Shown here piece by piece: positions 1 to 9,711 of a stretch of DNA of 64,000 nucleotides; position 1 is the first letter of the stretch; each line of letters opens with the position of its first letter. The notes under the pieces are model-generated. The model ran no database searches, was not told the DNA's origin, and saw only the letters and a program-made list of their open reading frames with translations. The stretch comes from Andalucia godoyi And28. Lineage: Eukaryota; Protista; Jakobida. The translations under genes were made by a program, and so were the position numbers. Location: the NCBI GenBank assembly GCA_009859145.1, contig VRVR01000001.1, positions 326,463-390,462 of the forward strand, written 5' to 3'.

Positions 1-7
1 GACGTGC

Positions 8-295
8 ATGAATGACGAGCTGATGCAAGCGGACTCTGCTTCGCTCGAAACCGAGATGCAATTTCCATCGTTTGTAAAGCTGCAAGATCTCGCGTGCAAG
101 GTTCTCGATCGGTTCCAGAAGGCCCAAAAGACAAACAGCGAGATGAAAAGACAGCTGAAGGACCATCTCGATCTTCTTCATCGATACAATGCACTTCGCG
201 ATACTGCATCCATGCTTGCAGGACGCGTGGCAGAGATGAAACAGTCCACGGTATCCAGGGTTCATGAAGAATACGGCATCGCTATGGACGACTGA
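8..295 (+). CDS. SWI5: Swi5/Sae3-family DNA repair/recombination protein
   Basis: 95-aa ORF with HLDLLHRYNALRDTASMLAGRVAEMK...EEYG..DD, matching the Swi5 consensus H..LLH.YNE.KD....L.G..A. Confidence 0.8.
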   Translation: MNDELMQADSASLETEMQFPSFVKLQDLACKVLDRFQKAQKTNSEMKRQLKDHLDLLHRYNALRDTASMLAGRVAEMKQSTVSRVHEEYGIAMDD

Positions 296-442
296 GTGCG
301 TACGCAAAGGCCAGTCATGCCAGGGCCCAAGGACACAGCGCACAGCATGCTGTTTTAATCGAGGTTTTAACAGATACAATAATACAACATAGAACAAACA
401 AACAAGAATAATTAGAAGCATACCACAAAATGCAATGGTCCA

Positions 443-482
443 CAGAGAGAGAGAGAGAGAGACAGAGACAGAGGGAGACAGA
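443..482. repeat. (GA)n-type microsatellite
   Basis: agagagagagagagagagacagagacagag run; boundaries approximate. Confidence 0.85.
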
Positions 483-524
483 AAGAGTATGTATCGGGGG
501 AGTGGATAAGCGGATGGGTGGATG

Positions 525-1106
525 TTAGGACGATCGTGAGTCGATCCATTGCTGCACGATTTGCTTCACCACTTCCGTGTTACGGTCCATGTCCTCGATC
601 GAGTTGCTCTCAAGAACATGAACAATCTCCGCGTCGTACGACTCTTGTGCTTCTTCGACCAACACCCCCATAATTTCGCATTCGATGTTTTCGGTCCGCT
701 TTCGATCCGAATATCCTCTTCGCGACAGTCTGTCAAACAGCGATTCTGTGCTGCAGGTAAGAACAACCACGATGTCAATCCAGCGCTCTGGAAACAAGTC
801 GCAAGCATGTGAATCCAGGATTGCGCCTCCTGATTCGCGAATTCCAGTCCCCAAATAGTCTTCCAGGTGATCCAGAAGCGCATCCTCGTCCATGACAAGT
901 GTGTCGAGCACTTCGTCGTACTCCTCATAGAACTTGCGCTCCTTTACAAGCTTGGCAATGTCAATGTGCTCGAACCAGTCGTCACGCAACGAAGAAGAAG
1001 CAGCCGAAGCATGCTGGCTCAATACAGTCGCTAACGACGATGCAAGAGTTGATTTTCCAGTTCCAGGTGTACCTGTCACTAGTATATTCGGTCGCAATCT
1101 CGTCAT
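525..1106 (-). CDS. AK6: Adenylate kinase 6 / Fap7 (hCINAP) family P-loop kinase
   Basis: PNILVTGTPGTGKST Walker A; DSHACDLFPERW; RGYS..KRTENIECEIM motifs. Confidence 0.93.
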   Translation of the reverse strand: MTRLRPNILVTGTPGTGKSTLASSLATVLSQHASAASSSLRDDWFEHIDIAKLVKERKFYEEYDEVLDTLVMDEDALLDHLEDYLGTGIRESGGAILDSHACDLFPERWIDIVVVLTCSTESLFDRLSRRGYSDRKRTENIECEIMGVLVEEAQESYDAEIVHVLESNSIEDMDRNTEVVKQIVQQWIDSRSS

Positions 1107-1412
1107 ATTTGATAAGCGGTCCTTCTGTGCCTGTGTTTGTGTGTTTTCCTTTTTCTTCTTCTTGTTGCTGTTGTTTATCGACGACCACGAATGGTGGTGG
1201 TCGTCGTCGTGATGCTCGCCTCGCAGAAAACCAGAGACGAAAGGCCCGTGAGAGCGAAACTACGGATTAATTTTTACAACAGTTTGCGCTCTGTGGCGGA
1301 CAAATCCTCCTCATGATTCTTCTCAAATGCCGTTGTCTGTTCAATGGGAAGGATTCTCCAATGTTCCAGGCTTGAACTGAATATACACAAGGGAAACGAA
1401 ATTTTAAAAAAA

Positions 1413-1455
1413 GCGAGCGAGCGAGCGAGCGAGCGAGAGAGAGAGAGAGAGAGAG
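1413..1455. repeat. (GCGA)n(GA)n microsatellite upstream of the EF-hand gene
   Basis: gcgagcgagcgagcgagcgagcgagagagagagagagagagag seen directly. Confidence 0.85.
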
Positions 1456-1701
1456 ATGGCATCGAGCAGTCAGCAAATGTTTACAAAGAAGGACATTGAC
1501 GAGGCATTTCGGGCAATGGACAAGGATGGAAACGGATACATCTCTGCGCTTGATTTGCGGCTGTTCTTTGCGGCACTGGGAGAGAAGCTTGATGACCATG
1601 AAATCGACATGATGATCTCTGAACTGGATGTCGATGGAGACGGCCAAGTTGGTCTTGATGAGTTTGCTAGACTTGCCTCGCAAAAGACTCGCAAAGGATA
1701 G
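1456..1701 (+). CDS. Small two-EF-hand calcium-binding protein (calmodulin-like half)
   Basis: Two canonical EF loops: [12 protein letters not shown] and [12 protein letters not shown]. Confidence 0.85.
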   Translation: MASSSQQMFTKKDIDEAFRAMDKDGNGYISALDLRLFFAALGEKLDDHEIDMMISELDVDGDGQVGLDEFARLASQKTRKG

Positions 1702-1887
1702 CAGTATTAGTAAAAACTCGAGAGTTTGATTCGTGAGCATGCTGCTTGTGCAAGTCGGAAAATGGAAAGAGAAAGAGCGATGCACATCTAGTTTCAGAAT
1801 TGTACAACAAGACAGTAAGAGTCCACATGAACAACACAAGACAGATTGCAGCTCCTCTTTTCCTCTCAAATGAGACAAGGATTCGAT

Positions 1888-3126
1888 CTAGGAAGATGAT
1901 GCCACAGACTCGGCTTCTCTCCACTTCGAACTCCACTTTGGAACCACAGTCGTTCCAGCTGCGGCAGAAAATGATCCTGCGCCCAGTCCACCTTCCATTT
2001 CCTTCTCCTTCCCTGTTTCCTTGTCTCTTTCAGCAGCACTGCTTGACGACTCCTGCACCGACTCGGATCGTTTTCGCCCAAACAACGAGAACCCAGACTT
2101 CTTGCTGCTTGTTGCGGCATCCGACAATGGCTTTTCGCTTGGATCAGCGGCGCTCTTCGCTGCTTGACCTTGTTGTGCAGGCTGGTCCTTTGTGTTTGAG
2201 GATTTAAAAAGCGATCCAAACCCTTTGGTCAGCTTTCCTAGAGTAGAAGGAAACCGGTCTTCTGCTGCGAGTGTCTGCTGCTCCAGGACCGAGACTGCGC
2301 GTTCCATCGACTCCAGATACGCCGTTAGCGCATCAATCTTTGCAAAAGCCGTCCTGACCCGGTTACAGGACTGTGAAAGTTTGGGCAGAAGCTCCGTCGA
2401 CACATGCCTGTGTGCATCCGCTATCAGCACCACAGAGCCCTGCAGCGCATCTGTCCGGGAAAACACAGACCGCGACACCAAGTCGAGTTGCGGAACAGCC
2501 ACAGACGCCAAAGTACTTCCGTCTCCAGTCGCATTTACACTCGCAGTAGATACAGCAGAGCTGCTGACCATCGCACTACTCGACAGTGGAGTGACCGATT
2601 TGTCCATGCTATTCGGAGTCGTGGATACGGCAATGCGAGGTCCGCTGCAGATGGCAGCTGCGATTGCAATCGAGTGTGCATGAATCAGATCATTCAAAGA
2701 AGACGGTGCCAATGGTTCCGCAGAAGTCGCTGAAGAAGAAGAAGAAGAAGATGATGATGATGACGACGACGACATCGACCCAGCTTGTGACTGCGACTGG
2801 ACGAGAGCAACTGGGCTTGTGCTTCTGCTCGATGTTCGAGTGTCCGACTGCTGCTCAGAGCCATGCATAGGAGGGCTGTTTGATCGAGGTGCTGCTTCCC
2901 TGGTTTCCATAATGCCGTCTTTTTGGTGCCTCGTCCTTATACAGTGTATTCTTCGTTGTCGAATTCCTCTGCTGAAAACCCATTCGGCGCCCTTCGACAT
3001 CACCTTGACACCAAACTGTTGGTTGTTGGTGCAGGGCAGGACTTGAGACCTAAGACTTGAGGCTTGCGGAGGGAGGCTGATGGCGCAAACTACGAGCGCT
3101 GCAAAGTGTGGCTTTCGTTTTTTCAA
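1888..3126 (-). CDS. Low-complexity protein with a BLOC-1 subunit 4 (cappuccino)-like coiled coil; true start probably downstream of the ORF start
   Basis: LLPKLSQSCNRVRTAFAKIDALTAYLESMERAVSVLEQQTLAAE resembles the BLOC1S4 core; flanks are Ser/Ala-rich. Confidence 0.55.
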   Translation of the reverse strand: MKKRKPHFAALVVCAISLPPQASSLRSQVLPCTNNQQFGVKVMSKGAEWVFSRGIRQRRIHCIRTRHQKDGIMETREAAPRSNSPPMHGSEQQSDTRTSSRSTSPVALVQSQSQAGSMSSSSSSSSSSSSSSATSAEPLAPSSLNDLIHAHSIAIAAAICSGPRIAVSTTPNSMDKSVTPLSSSAMVSSSAVSTASVNATGDGSTLASVAVPQLDLVSRSVFSRTDALQGSVVLIADAHRHVSTELLPKLSQSCNRVRTAFAKIDALTAYLESMERAVSVLEQQTLAAEDRFPSTLGKLTKGFGSLFKSSNTKDQPAQQGQAAKSAADPSEKPLSDAATSSKKSGFSLFGRKRSESVQESSSSAAERDKETGKEKEMEGGLGAGSFSAAAGTTVVPKWSSKWREAESVASSS

Positions 3127-3273
3127 GATTTTTTCTTCTGCTTCTCCGTTTGTGGCGACTGACTTCTGACTCTTTTTATTCGCTTCCTCCCTGCTTTCTC
3201 CGTTCCTCGCCTCCTCTGCTTCTCAGTTTTTTTGTTGGGCGCGTTTTGTTGTCTGGTCAGGGACATTGCGAGG

Positions 3274-4092
3274 ATGGGTGCTGTTGTTCAGTTTGATTTG
3301 GTTTCGCAACTGGTGGCTGCGCCGTCGAAATCAGTGCTGGAGGTCATTCTAACTCGAGCTCTTCATTTGTCTCTTGTGTACATTCCTTTTGCCACTCGAA
3401 CAGCATTGGTCTCGTCCACGACTGTCTCCCAACCCCCTTCTCAGCCAAATTCGCTTTCCATTCCCAACCCGTCGATTGATGTTCCGGAATCGCTTGTTAC
3501 TTTGCTCACATCCACTCTCTCGCTGTCGGACGCTGCATCATCTCGCAGACTCTGGACACAGCTGGCGCTTTTGATGGCTGCATCTCTCCAAATAGCCCTG
3601 ACAAGCTCGACGGTTTCGCAAAAAGAGCTTTCGGATCCAATCCGGAAATTCCTTGTCTTGCACATGGAAAGGGAAAAGAAACTGGATCAGGACCAGGAAG
3701 CTCTCGCTGTGCTTGCGTCGTCGATTGCAGCACGTGTGGTCGTGAAGTTTGTCTCTTCTGCACCGTCGCTCATCTCTGGAGGATCATCTGGCCAGCCTGG
3801 CGGTCTCCGCGGCGCTCTTGTCAGTGCTGTGCCAAGAACCGTGGATGCACGAGTTCAGACCCTGGCCAATGGCTCCGGGGCGATCATCGAATTCCTCGTA
3901 AGCGAAATCCAGGGCACATACGACAACCCATCGTTTGCTTGCCTACAACACCAGCAGCACCAGCAACTACAACAACAACAAATGCCAAGGAAAAGAGTCA
4001 TTTCGGCATCGCTCGATCCGAGCCAAGTTTCGTATCTTGTGGACGGCCTTGGAAAAATACGATCCATGCTTTCTGCCCTCTCAGACGCATGA
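3274..4092 (+). CDS. COMMD9: COMM-domain protein, COMMD9-like
   Basis: C-terminus LDPSQVSYLVDGLGKIRSMLSAL parallels the COMMD9 ending (L..MLDGLGRIRDQLSAV); first ATG at 3274. Confidence 0.65.
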   Translation: MGAVVQFDLVSQLVAAPSKSVLEVILTRALHLSLVYIPFATRTALVSSTTVSQPPSQPNSLSIPNPSIDVPESLVTLLTSTLSLSDAASSRRLWTQLALLMAASLQIALTSSTVSQKELSDPIRKFLVLHMEREKKLDQDQEALAVLASSIAARVVVKFVSSAPSLISGGSSGQPGGLRGALVSAVPRTVDARVQTLANGSGAIIEFLVSEIQGTYDNPSFACLQHQQHQQLQQQQMPRKRVISASLDPSQVSYLVDGLGKIRSMLSALSDA

Positions 4093-4234
4093 TCTGTCAC
4101 GCCACTCTTTATTTTAAATAATTTTTACCAATTTTCCCCCTTTCCTCCATCTCCTGGACATAAACGTCAATAAAGCGAATACCCTTTGCTCTGTCGATGT
4201 CCGCTCGTCTCTGTCTTTGTTCCTCCTCCTCCTC

Positions 4235-4235
<1 letters not shown>

Positions 4236-4275
<40 letters not shown>
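4236..4275. repeat. (ACT)n trinucleotide microsatellite
   Basis: ctactactact... run of about 13 units. Confidence 0.9.
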
Positions 4276-4276
<1 letters not shown>

Positions 4277-4371
4277 TTGCTAGTTCGGCTTGGATTGACG
4301 GGTTAAAGAAGAATTAATTTTTAAAAACCAATCAAGGAGCAAACAGGGGGAATCTACACGCGGATCTGCCG

Positions 4372-5259
4372 CTACTCGAGATGAAGCAATGAGGACCGCA
4401 TGTCTTCGGAAAGCTCGGCAAGACGGTCCAAGCAAGCAACGTACGCTTGCTGGGCAGCTTCCCATTGCCGATTCTCTCGATTCTCCTGGTCGACAGCCTC
4501 ATCCGAGAAAACGCTGTGGCCGTCCACATCATGCGCGTGCTCAGGATCGTGACAGTTGCATTTTCGTTCGCGGTCAACAAGTTGCTTCCGCCGCAACCGA
4601 AGCGCAACAGCGAGTCGCTGCTGCATCATCTGGATCGTCGTTTGCAAGTGCTCTAGCTCTGCCTGCTGGAGTTGTTCAATCCATTCGCACACTATCAACA
4701 CCCAAACCACCAACAACAACGACATAAGTCCGCACACGTACATTTGATGACGATGACGAAGATGAAGAAAAAGATGAAGAAGATGAAGAAGATGAAGAAG
4801 ATAATGAATGAGAAGGCGCATACGTTCAGGGTCTGTATTGGAATTGTTAGCAGCAATGGATCGGATGTCTATGGAAATGCTGTTCAGCGATGCAGTGACG
4901 GACCGAAGCAGACTTGGAAAGCCATTCATCAGCGATTCCAATTTCTGCTTATTTCTTGCTGAATCCACGGGCTCTGAACCTTGATCCGAGGATGTGGATG
5001 TGGATGGATCGATCTGTAAAGACTCGAGAACCCTCAAGAGAATCTCGGACTCGGACTTGGCCTCGGACATCAGCATCGCTTCTTCAGTCTCGCTTCTCGT
5101 GTCGGTCCGTGTGTCGGCCTGTGTCCGCGTAGCCGATTCCGAGGGTTCCGTGGCTTCCTGAACGCACTCTGCCACAAGTGATCTGAATGCATCGTTCCAA
5201 TTTCTATACAAAAGCACGCGTTCATCGTGCAGCTCCATCAACCGGCGTCTAGAATCCAT
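4372..5259 (-). CDS. REX1-B (required for excision 1-B)-like helical protein, one probable intron
   Basis: LMELHDERVLLYRNWNDAF, VTASLNSISIDIRSI, IEQLQQAELEHLQTT and LAELSEDMR follow the REX1-B pattern; ATG at 5259. Confidence 0.6.
   Translation of the reverse strand: MDSRRRLMELHDERVLLYRNWNDAFRSLVAECVQEATEPSESATRTQADTRTDTRSETEEAMLMSEAKSESEILLRVLESLQIDPSTSTSSDQGSEPVDSARNKQKLESLMNGFPSLLRSVTASLNSISIDIRSIAANNSNTDPERMRLLIHYLLHLLHLLHLFLHLRHRHQMYVCGLMSLLLVVWVLIVCEWIEQLQQAELEHLQTTIQMMQQRLAVALRLRRKQLVDRERKCNCHDPEHAHDVDGHSVFSDEAVDQENRENRQWEAAQQAYVACLDRLAELSEDMRSSLLHLE
4692..4823 (-). other. Probable 132-nt spliceosomal intron (GTATGC...TTGATAG)
   Basis: GT-AG ends; low-complexity TTCTTCATC interior; removal joins ...DPE-L-CEWIEQ in frame. 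Confidence 0.65.
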
Positions 5260-5382
5260 GATCTCCTTCTCTTTCTTTCTTTCTTTCGTTCGTTCGTTCG
5301 TTCTTTCTTTCTTTTGCCCCAACAGAACACTGATACCGACACTCCTGAACGTGATCGAGAATGTGAGTGCGAGTCAATGGTC

Positions 5383-5445
5383 AGAAACGCAAGAAACGCA
5401 AGAAACGCAAGAAACGCAAGAAATGCAAGAAACGCAAGAAATGCA
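5383..5445. repeat. 9-bp tandem repeat (AGAAAYGCA)x7
   Basis: Seven consecutive units read directly from the sequence. Confidence 0.9.
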
Positions 5446-5952
5446 AGAGACGTACTACCACTAGAAGAATCCAGTCAGCTCCAGTTACTCATCCTGCACC
5501 AAAAAGCCAACGATGCAGAATGGCTGGGAAAACGCGGGGACTTTGGGACCTTGCCAACAACTCGACAGAGTTCAGCGTTACTCTCTCTCTCTCTCTCTCT
5601 CCGCGTGTGTGCCTCGCATCCACTTACCAAGTTCCAATAACACGACTGTCCGTCTTTTCTCCAATAACACCACCACAAATCAAAACAAATACAAAAAACA
5701 CTATTTACCTTCTTCCATCTCTTTTTTTCTCTTACTTTCGTTCCTTCTATTCGATTCTTTTTTCTTTTTTTAGGGTTCCCTTGTCTTTGCATCCTATCTG
5801 TCCTATAGCAATATATCTCGATTCTGTGGTTCCGTTGTTTTTTGGTGGAAAAATCACGTCGTCGTCGTCGTCTTCTTCTTCTTCTTCAATTTCCCGGTCG
5901 TTGCCTTTTTTTTTTCGTTGATTGAGAAGGAGCTGGAAGAAGGAGAAGAACA

Positions 5953-6972
5953 ATGGACCAAACTGCTTCTGCAAAACTTCAGCCACAACCGCCTCAGTCG
6001 CAGTCACAGGCGCAGTCACAACCTCTGCAACCACCACAACCACAGCAACCACAACCATCACTGCAATTGTCCACTGCGACTGTTGGTGCAACGCTGGGAC
6101 CCACCGTGCAGCCTGCATCTCAAACGGCAACCTTTACTTCGGACCATGTGTCATCAATCTTTTCGAGCGTGCACTCGTCGACTCGCACGGCGCCAAGCAT
6201 CGGACTTGGGGTGAAGCGCCTTGCAGAAAGCGGGCCACCGTCGACACTTGAGGGCCAAGTCGAGCTTCTCTCGCAGATTGTGCAGTACCAGTCGCTGAAA
6301 ATCCGTCGGCTTGAGCACGCTGTTTCTCGAATTGAAGCGGTGCTTCCGGACTGGAAACGGCTTGGCGATCTAGACACAGTCCGCGAACGCGTCCGAATGG
6401 AAGAAGATGAACTCGATGTGATCCACGAACTTGTTGATTTGGATGCTCGGAAGAAGAAGGAGTCTGTACGACAAACACTCATTGCTTCGCTTGTTGGGAT
6501 GTCCAACAACCTTCCTGGGTCGTCAATCGTGAATGCATTTGCAGAAGCGGTCCACAGTGACAAACTTGCTGGGTTTGCACAGACGGCTGCACATCTTGCC
6601 AATGCCAGCGCTGATTCTACAAAGAAGAAGCAGACGCTTTACCAGGCGTTCATGAGCGTCGAGATTCCAAGAATCAAGAACGAGCATCCAGATATTCCAC
6701 AGAAGGAGGCTTTCAAGATCGCAGCAAACAACTGGGCGAAGCATCCAGATAACCCGAAGTCGGTCTCGGTGACAGTCGCTCACGGAGACTTGGCCGGCAT
6801 GCCTCCACCGTCCTATGCACCGCAGCCCATACTGATCAGCACTGCGGCAAGGAATGGGATTTCTCCGGAATCCACAGACGGAGCAAGTGGACTGGAGGCT
6901 GCAGAGACGTTGACCGACGATCTTGACGACGACGCCAACGGAACTGGCGCACGGCCAATGATCACTGGATGA
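5953..6972 (+). CDS. Protein with Q/P-rich N-terminus, coiled coil and a YABBY/HMG-box-like C-terminal domain
   Basis: KKKQTLYQAFMSVEIPRIKNEHPDIPQKEAFKIAANNWAKHPDNP matches the YABBY-type HMG-like motif. Confidence 0.75.
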   Translation: MDQTASAKLQPQPPQSQSQAQSQPLQPPQPQQPQPSLQLSTATVGATLGPTVQPASQTATFTSDHVSSIFSSVHSSTRTAPSIGLGVKRLAESGPPSTLEGQVELLSQIVQYQSLKIRRLEHAVSRIEAVLPDWKRLGDLDTVRERVRMEEDELDVIHELVDLDARKKKESVRQTLIASLVGMSNNLPGSSIVNAFAEAVHSDKLAGFAQTAAHLANASADSTKKKQTLYQAFMSVEIPRIKNEHPDIPQKEAFKIAANNWAKHPDNPKSVSVTVAHGDLAGMPPPSYAPQPILISTAARNGISPESTDGASGLEAAETLTDDLDDDANGTGARPMITG

Positions 6973-7154
6973 ACGCAGAAGAACGAACGATGCTTTGTTC
7001 GCTCGAACGGAAGGTGTTTTTGTTGTGCTGTTTTTCTTTAAATTAGATTTTTGTTTTCCTGTGCCTCTTTCGTTGCTGAGATTTAGGGGCGTGTGCATCA
7101 TGCACAACGGAATTGTAAACGAAAATGACAACAAGATCCACATGGAGTTATCCA

Positions 7155-9014
7155 TCAACGGGAATTCGTTGCCTCCGTGCACCATGTCCAACGTGCAGAT
7201 TCGCTGCCATCGGATTGCGCAACAGTGTCACGAACCATTACGTGCAACTTTGAGGCCAGGACTTCGTCACGAATATGGTCGCACGCTGACAGCAGCGCTT
7301 TCTCGACATCGAATGGCGGATCCTCTCCCTTTGCAAGCTTCTTTTTTCGCGCCATTGAATCTTTTGCTAAAGTTCGGATCAAACTGCGGAATTCCACGAG
7401 CGCATCGATGGACGTCTCAACCGAATGAAAGGACTCGGAGGGTTGCGGCTGTCGAGAAGCGGCAGTGGCGAATCCCAGAGACACAAATCCAAGAGTGTCC
7501 TGCAAAACAGACTGTGCATAATTGGCGATCGTCGACACAGCATAGACGTCGCGCACCTGAAATGTACTGGATGACATAAAGTGCTTGCACTCGGACACCA
7601 GGTCTTGAACTGCGTCCACAGCGCCACGGGTATGGAAGTTGTCACACAGAGCTGCATGCAGCTTTTGCTGCGACTGGCCCCAACACTCAAACAGGTCATT
7701 TAGTTGTGCACGACGAGTACTATTCGTGGAGAACGACGACGATGGTTCCGGAAAACCTGCGCTAGGCCCGCCGTGCGGCAACGAACCAGATCGTCCCCAC
7801 TTCGCAACCAGGTCGCGAGCCTCACCGAAGAAACTGGTCAACGAACGAACGCGAGTGGACGCCTCGACCATAGACCCACCAGAACCGCTCGCATCATACA
7901 TCAGTGATCCTTCATATCGATGGAGCGCACAGAGCATGCGAAACTCGTCGGCAGAATATTCACGCAATATATCCTCAATTGTGATGAAATTCTTCAAAGA
8001 TTTTGACATTTTTCGTCCCTGAATGTACAGGTGGCCAGTATGAATAAACGTTGAGCACCATTCGGATGCAGGGTCACTGTTGTCATGACCATCTGAATTC
8101 GAATTCACACCACCACCACTACCATCACCACCCTTACTACTACTACTACTACTACTACTTGTTGCAGCAACGCTAGTTGTGGGCGACTGAGTACAGACTG
8201 ACGAACAGCATTGCAAATGAGCCTCCGACTGTGCAATCTCATTTTCATGATGCGGAAACTTGAGATCGACACCTCCCGCATGCACATCCAGATGATCTCC
8301 AAAAAAGGAATTAGTCATCGCCGAGCACTCTATGTGCCACCCAGGCCTCCCAGGACCCCACGGACTGTCCCACACCGGCGAACCTGCCGAAGCAGATGGT
8401 TTGTCCCGGAATTTCCATAGTGCAAAGTCGCGCACAGACCGCTTCGCAAGCGCACTGCTCGGCCCTCCTTGTACTGCGTCTTCCGAAGTGTCCACTTCCG
8501 AAGCGGAAGACAGTCGTCCGCCGTACTTGCCGTAGGCTGTGGTGTCAAAATACACACCGGTGCTATTGACATACGCCAAGTCATGCTGGACAAGAGTCTC
8601 GATGAATTGAAGTATTGACTGGAGATGGTCCGAAACCCGCAGAAATGAAACCGGTTTGGCCACATTCAGCCGCGACATGTCTCGCAGGAACGCTTCTTCG
8701 TATTGATTGGCGACATCCATAAAAGACACATTACGGTCCGTGGCCTTCTGGATAATCTTGTCGTCCACATTCGTGATTCCCATAGCATGCACAACAGGTA
8801 CCTTGAAGTAGTTTGTGATAATTCTGTGGATCATATCTACCGAAACATATGTCCGTGCATGTCCTAGATGGGCTGCATCATACACAGTCGGGCCACACGT
8901 GTACCAAGTAAGGAAATTTGGATTCCGCAATCTTAACGGCTCCTTTGCACTCGTCAAAGAGTTCAAAACACGCAATGTGGAAAGCGTGTGGTAACATCTC
9001 CTGCAATTCATCAT
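7155..9014 (-). CDS. CARS: Cysteine--tRNA ligase (possibly organellar; N-terminus resembles a presequence)
   Basis: YTCGPTVYDAAHLGHAR (HIGH), GRPGWHIECSAM, HAGGVDLKFPHHENE, KMSKSLKN. Confidence 0.97.
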   Translation of the reverse strand: MMNCRRCYHTLSTLRVLNSLTSAKEPLRLRNPNFLTWYTCGPTVYDAAHLGHARTYVSVDMIHRIITNYFKVPVVHAMGITNVDDKIIQKATDRNVSFMDVANQYEEAFLRDMSRLNVAKPVSFLRVSDHLQSILQFIETLVQHDLAYVNSTGVYFDTTAYGKYGGRLSSASEVDTSEDAVQGGPSSALAKRSVRDFALWKFRDKPSASAGSPVWDSPWGPGRPGWHIECSAMTNSFFGDHLDVHAGGVDLKFPHHENEIAQSEAHLQCCSSVCTQSPTTSVAATSSSSSSSSKGGDGSGGGVNSNSDGHDNSDPASEWCSTFIHTGHLYIQGRKMSKSLKNFITIEDILREYSADEFRMLCALHRYEGSLMYDASGSGGSMVEASTRVRSLTSFFGEARDLVAKWGRSGSLPHGGPSAGFPEPSSSFSTNSTRRAQLNDLFECWGQSQQKLHAALCDNFHTRGAVDAVQDLVSECKHFMSSSTFQVRDVYAVSTIANYAQSVLQDTLGFVSLGFATAASRQPQPSESFHSVETSIDALVEFRSLIRTLAKDSMARKKKLAKGEDPPFDVEKALLSACDHIRDEVLASKLHVMVRDTVAQSDGSESARWTWCTEATNSR

Positions 9015-9179
9015 GCAGTCACACGTGATAACACTTTTCCAAGAGACCTCCGTCTATCGTCTCCAATCCAATCTCAAGAAAACGAAGAAGAAGAAGAAGC
9101 AGGAGAAGAAAATTGAGGGGCAAGCAAGCGTGCCTTGATATCCACCGTAATGCAGCCATACGCCGTTTACCCTACTTTG

Positions 9180-9700
9180 CCCCACTCACCCAGATTATTC
9201 AGACAATGCCATTCCGATCGACTTTTTCCATGCACACCAGTCCATCGCCATTCCGATGTCCCACGTCCTGCCTGGCACACATCGCACTCGGTTCCGATGC
9301 AAGACTGCACGGGGATGGTCAGCAGTGATTCGTCATGGCTAGTGTACAATAAAGGCGAGAAAGCTGAGCCGACCAAAGTCGATATTTTAGGCGAAAACGA
9401 GGTTGCGTGAAAATCGACTTGGGCCCTAGCAGAAAGCAATGGTATGCCTATTGTTTACAGGGGCTGAAAGAGGCAACGGCATCCTGAAAGCCGAAAGACG
9501 ACAAGCACCGTGCACCTACGGAGCAGATGAACGTTCAACTCAGACTGCAGAAAGGCGGCCCGGATGCCGGTTGCGAGGGAGGAAACTCCGGGAACAGCCG
9601 GGGGAAAAAAACTTTAAAAAACTACGCGAGTCTTCCTTGCCATGAGACGGAGGAATCAGCGATCATCGTGACAATACTTCAAACGGAAATGTGGCATTTG
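9180..9700 (+). pseudogene. Heavily decayed Fanzor2/TnpB C-terminal relic
   Basis: DFFHAHQSIAIP...RFRCKTARG, then KAERRQAPCTYGADERSTQT...PGEKNFK...*..DHRDNTSNGNV in expected order; 17-nt exact match (9295-9311) to the 48.2-kb relic (48249-48265). Confidence 0.5.
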
Positions 9701-9711
9701 GATTTTCGGGG

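Noticed and set aside
9430-9620. GAAA-rich segment resembling a hammerhead (ctgaaaga..gaaa), RNase P CR-I (gaggaaactccggg) or an SRP helix
   Set aside because: The hammerhead core has an extra base, no RNase P CR-V or SRP loop motif follows, and the same bases translate as a degenerate Fanzor C-terminus
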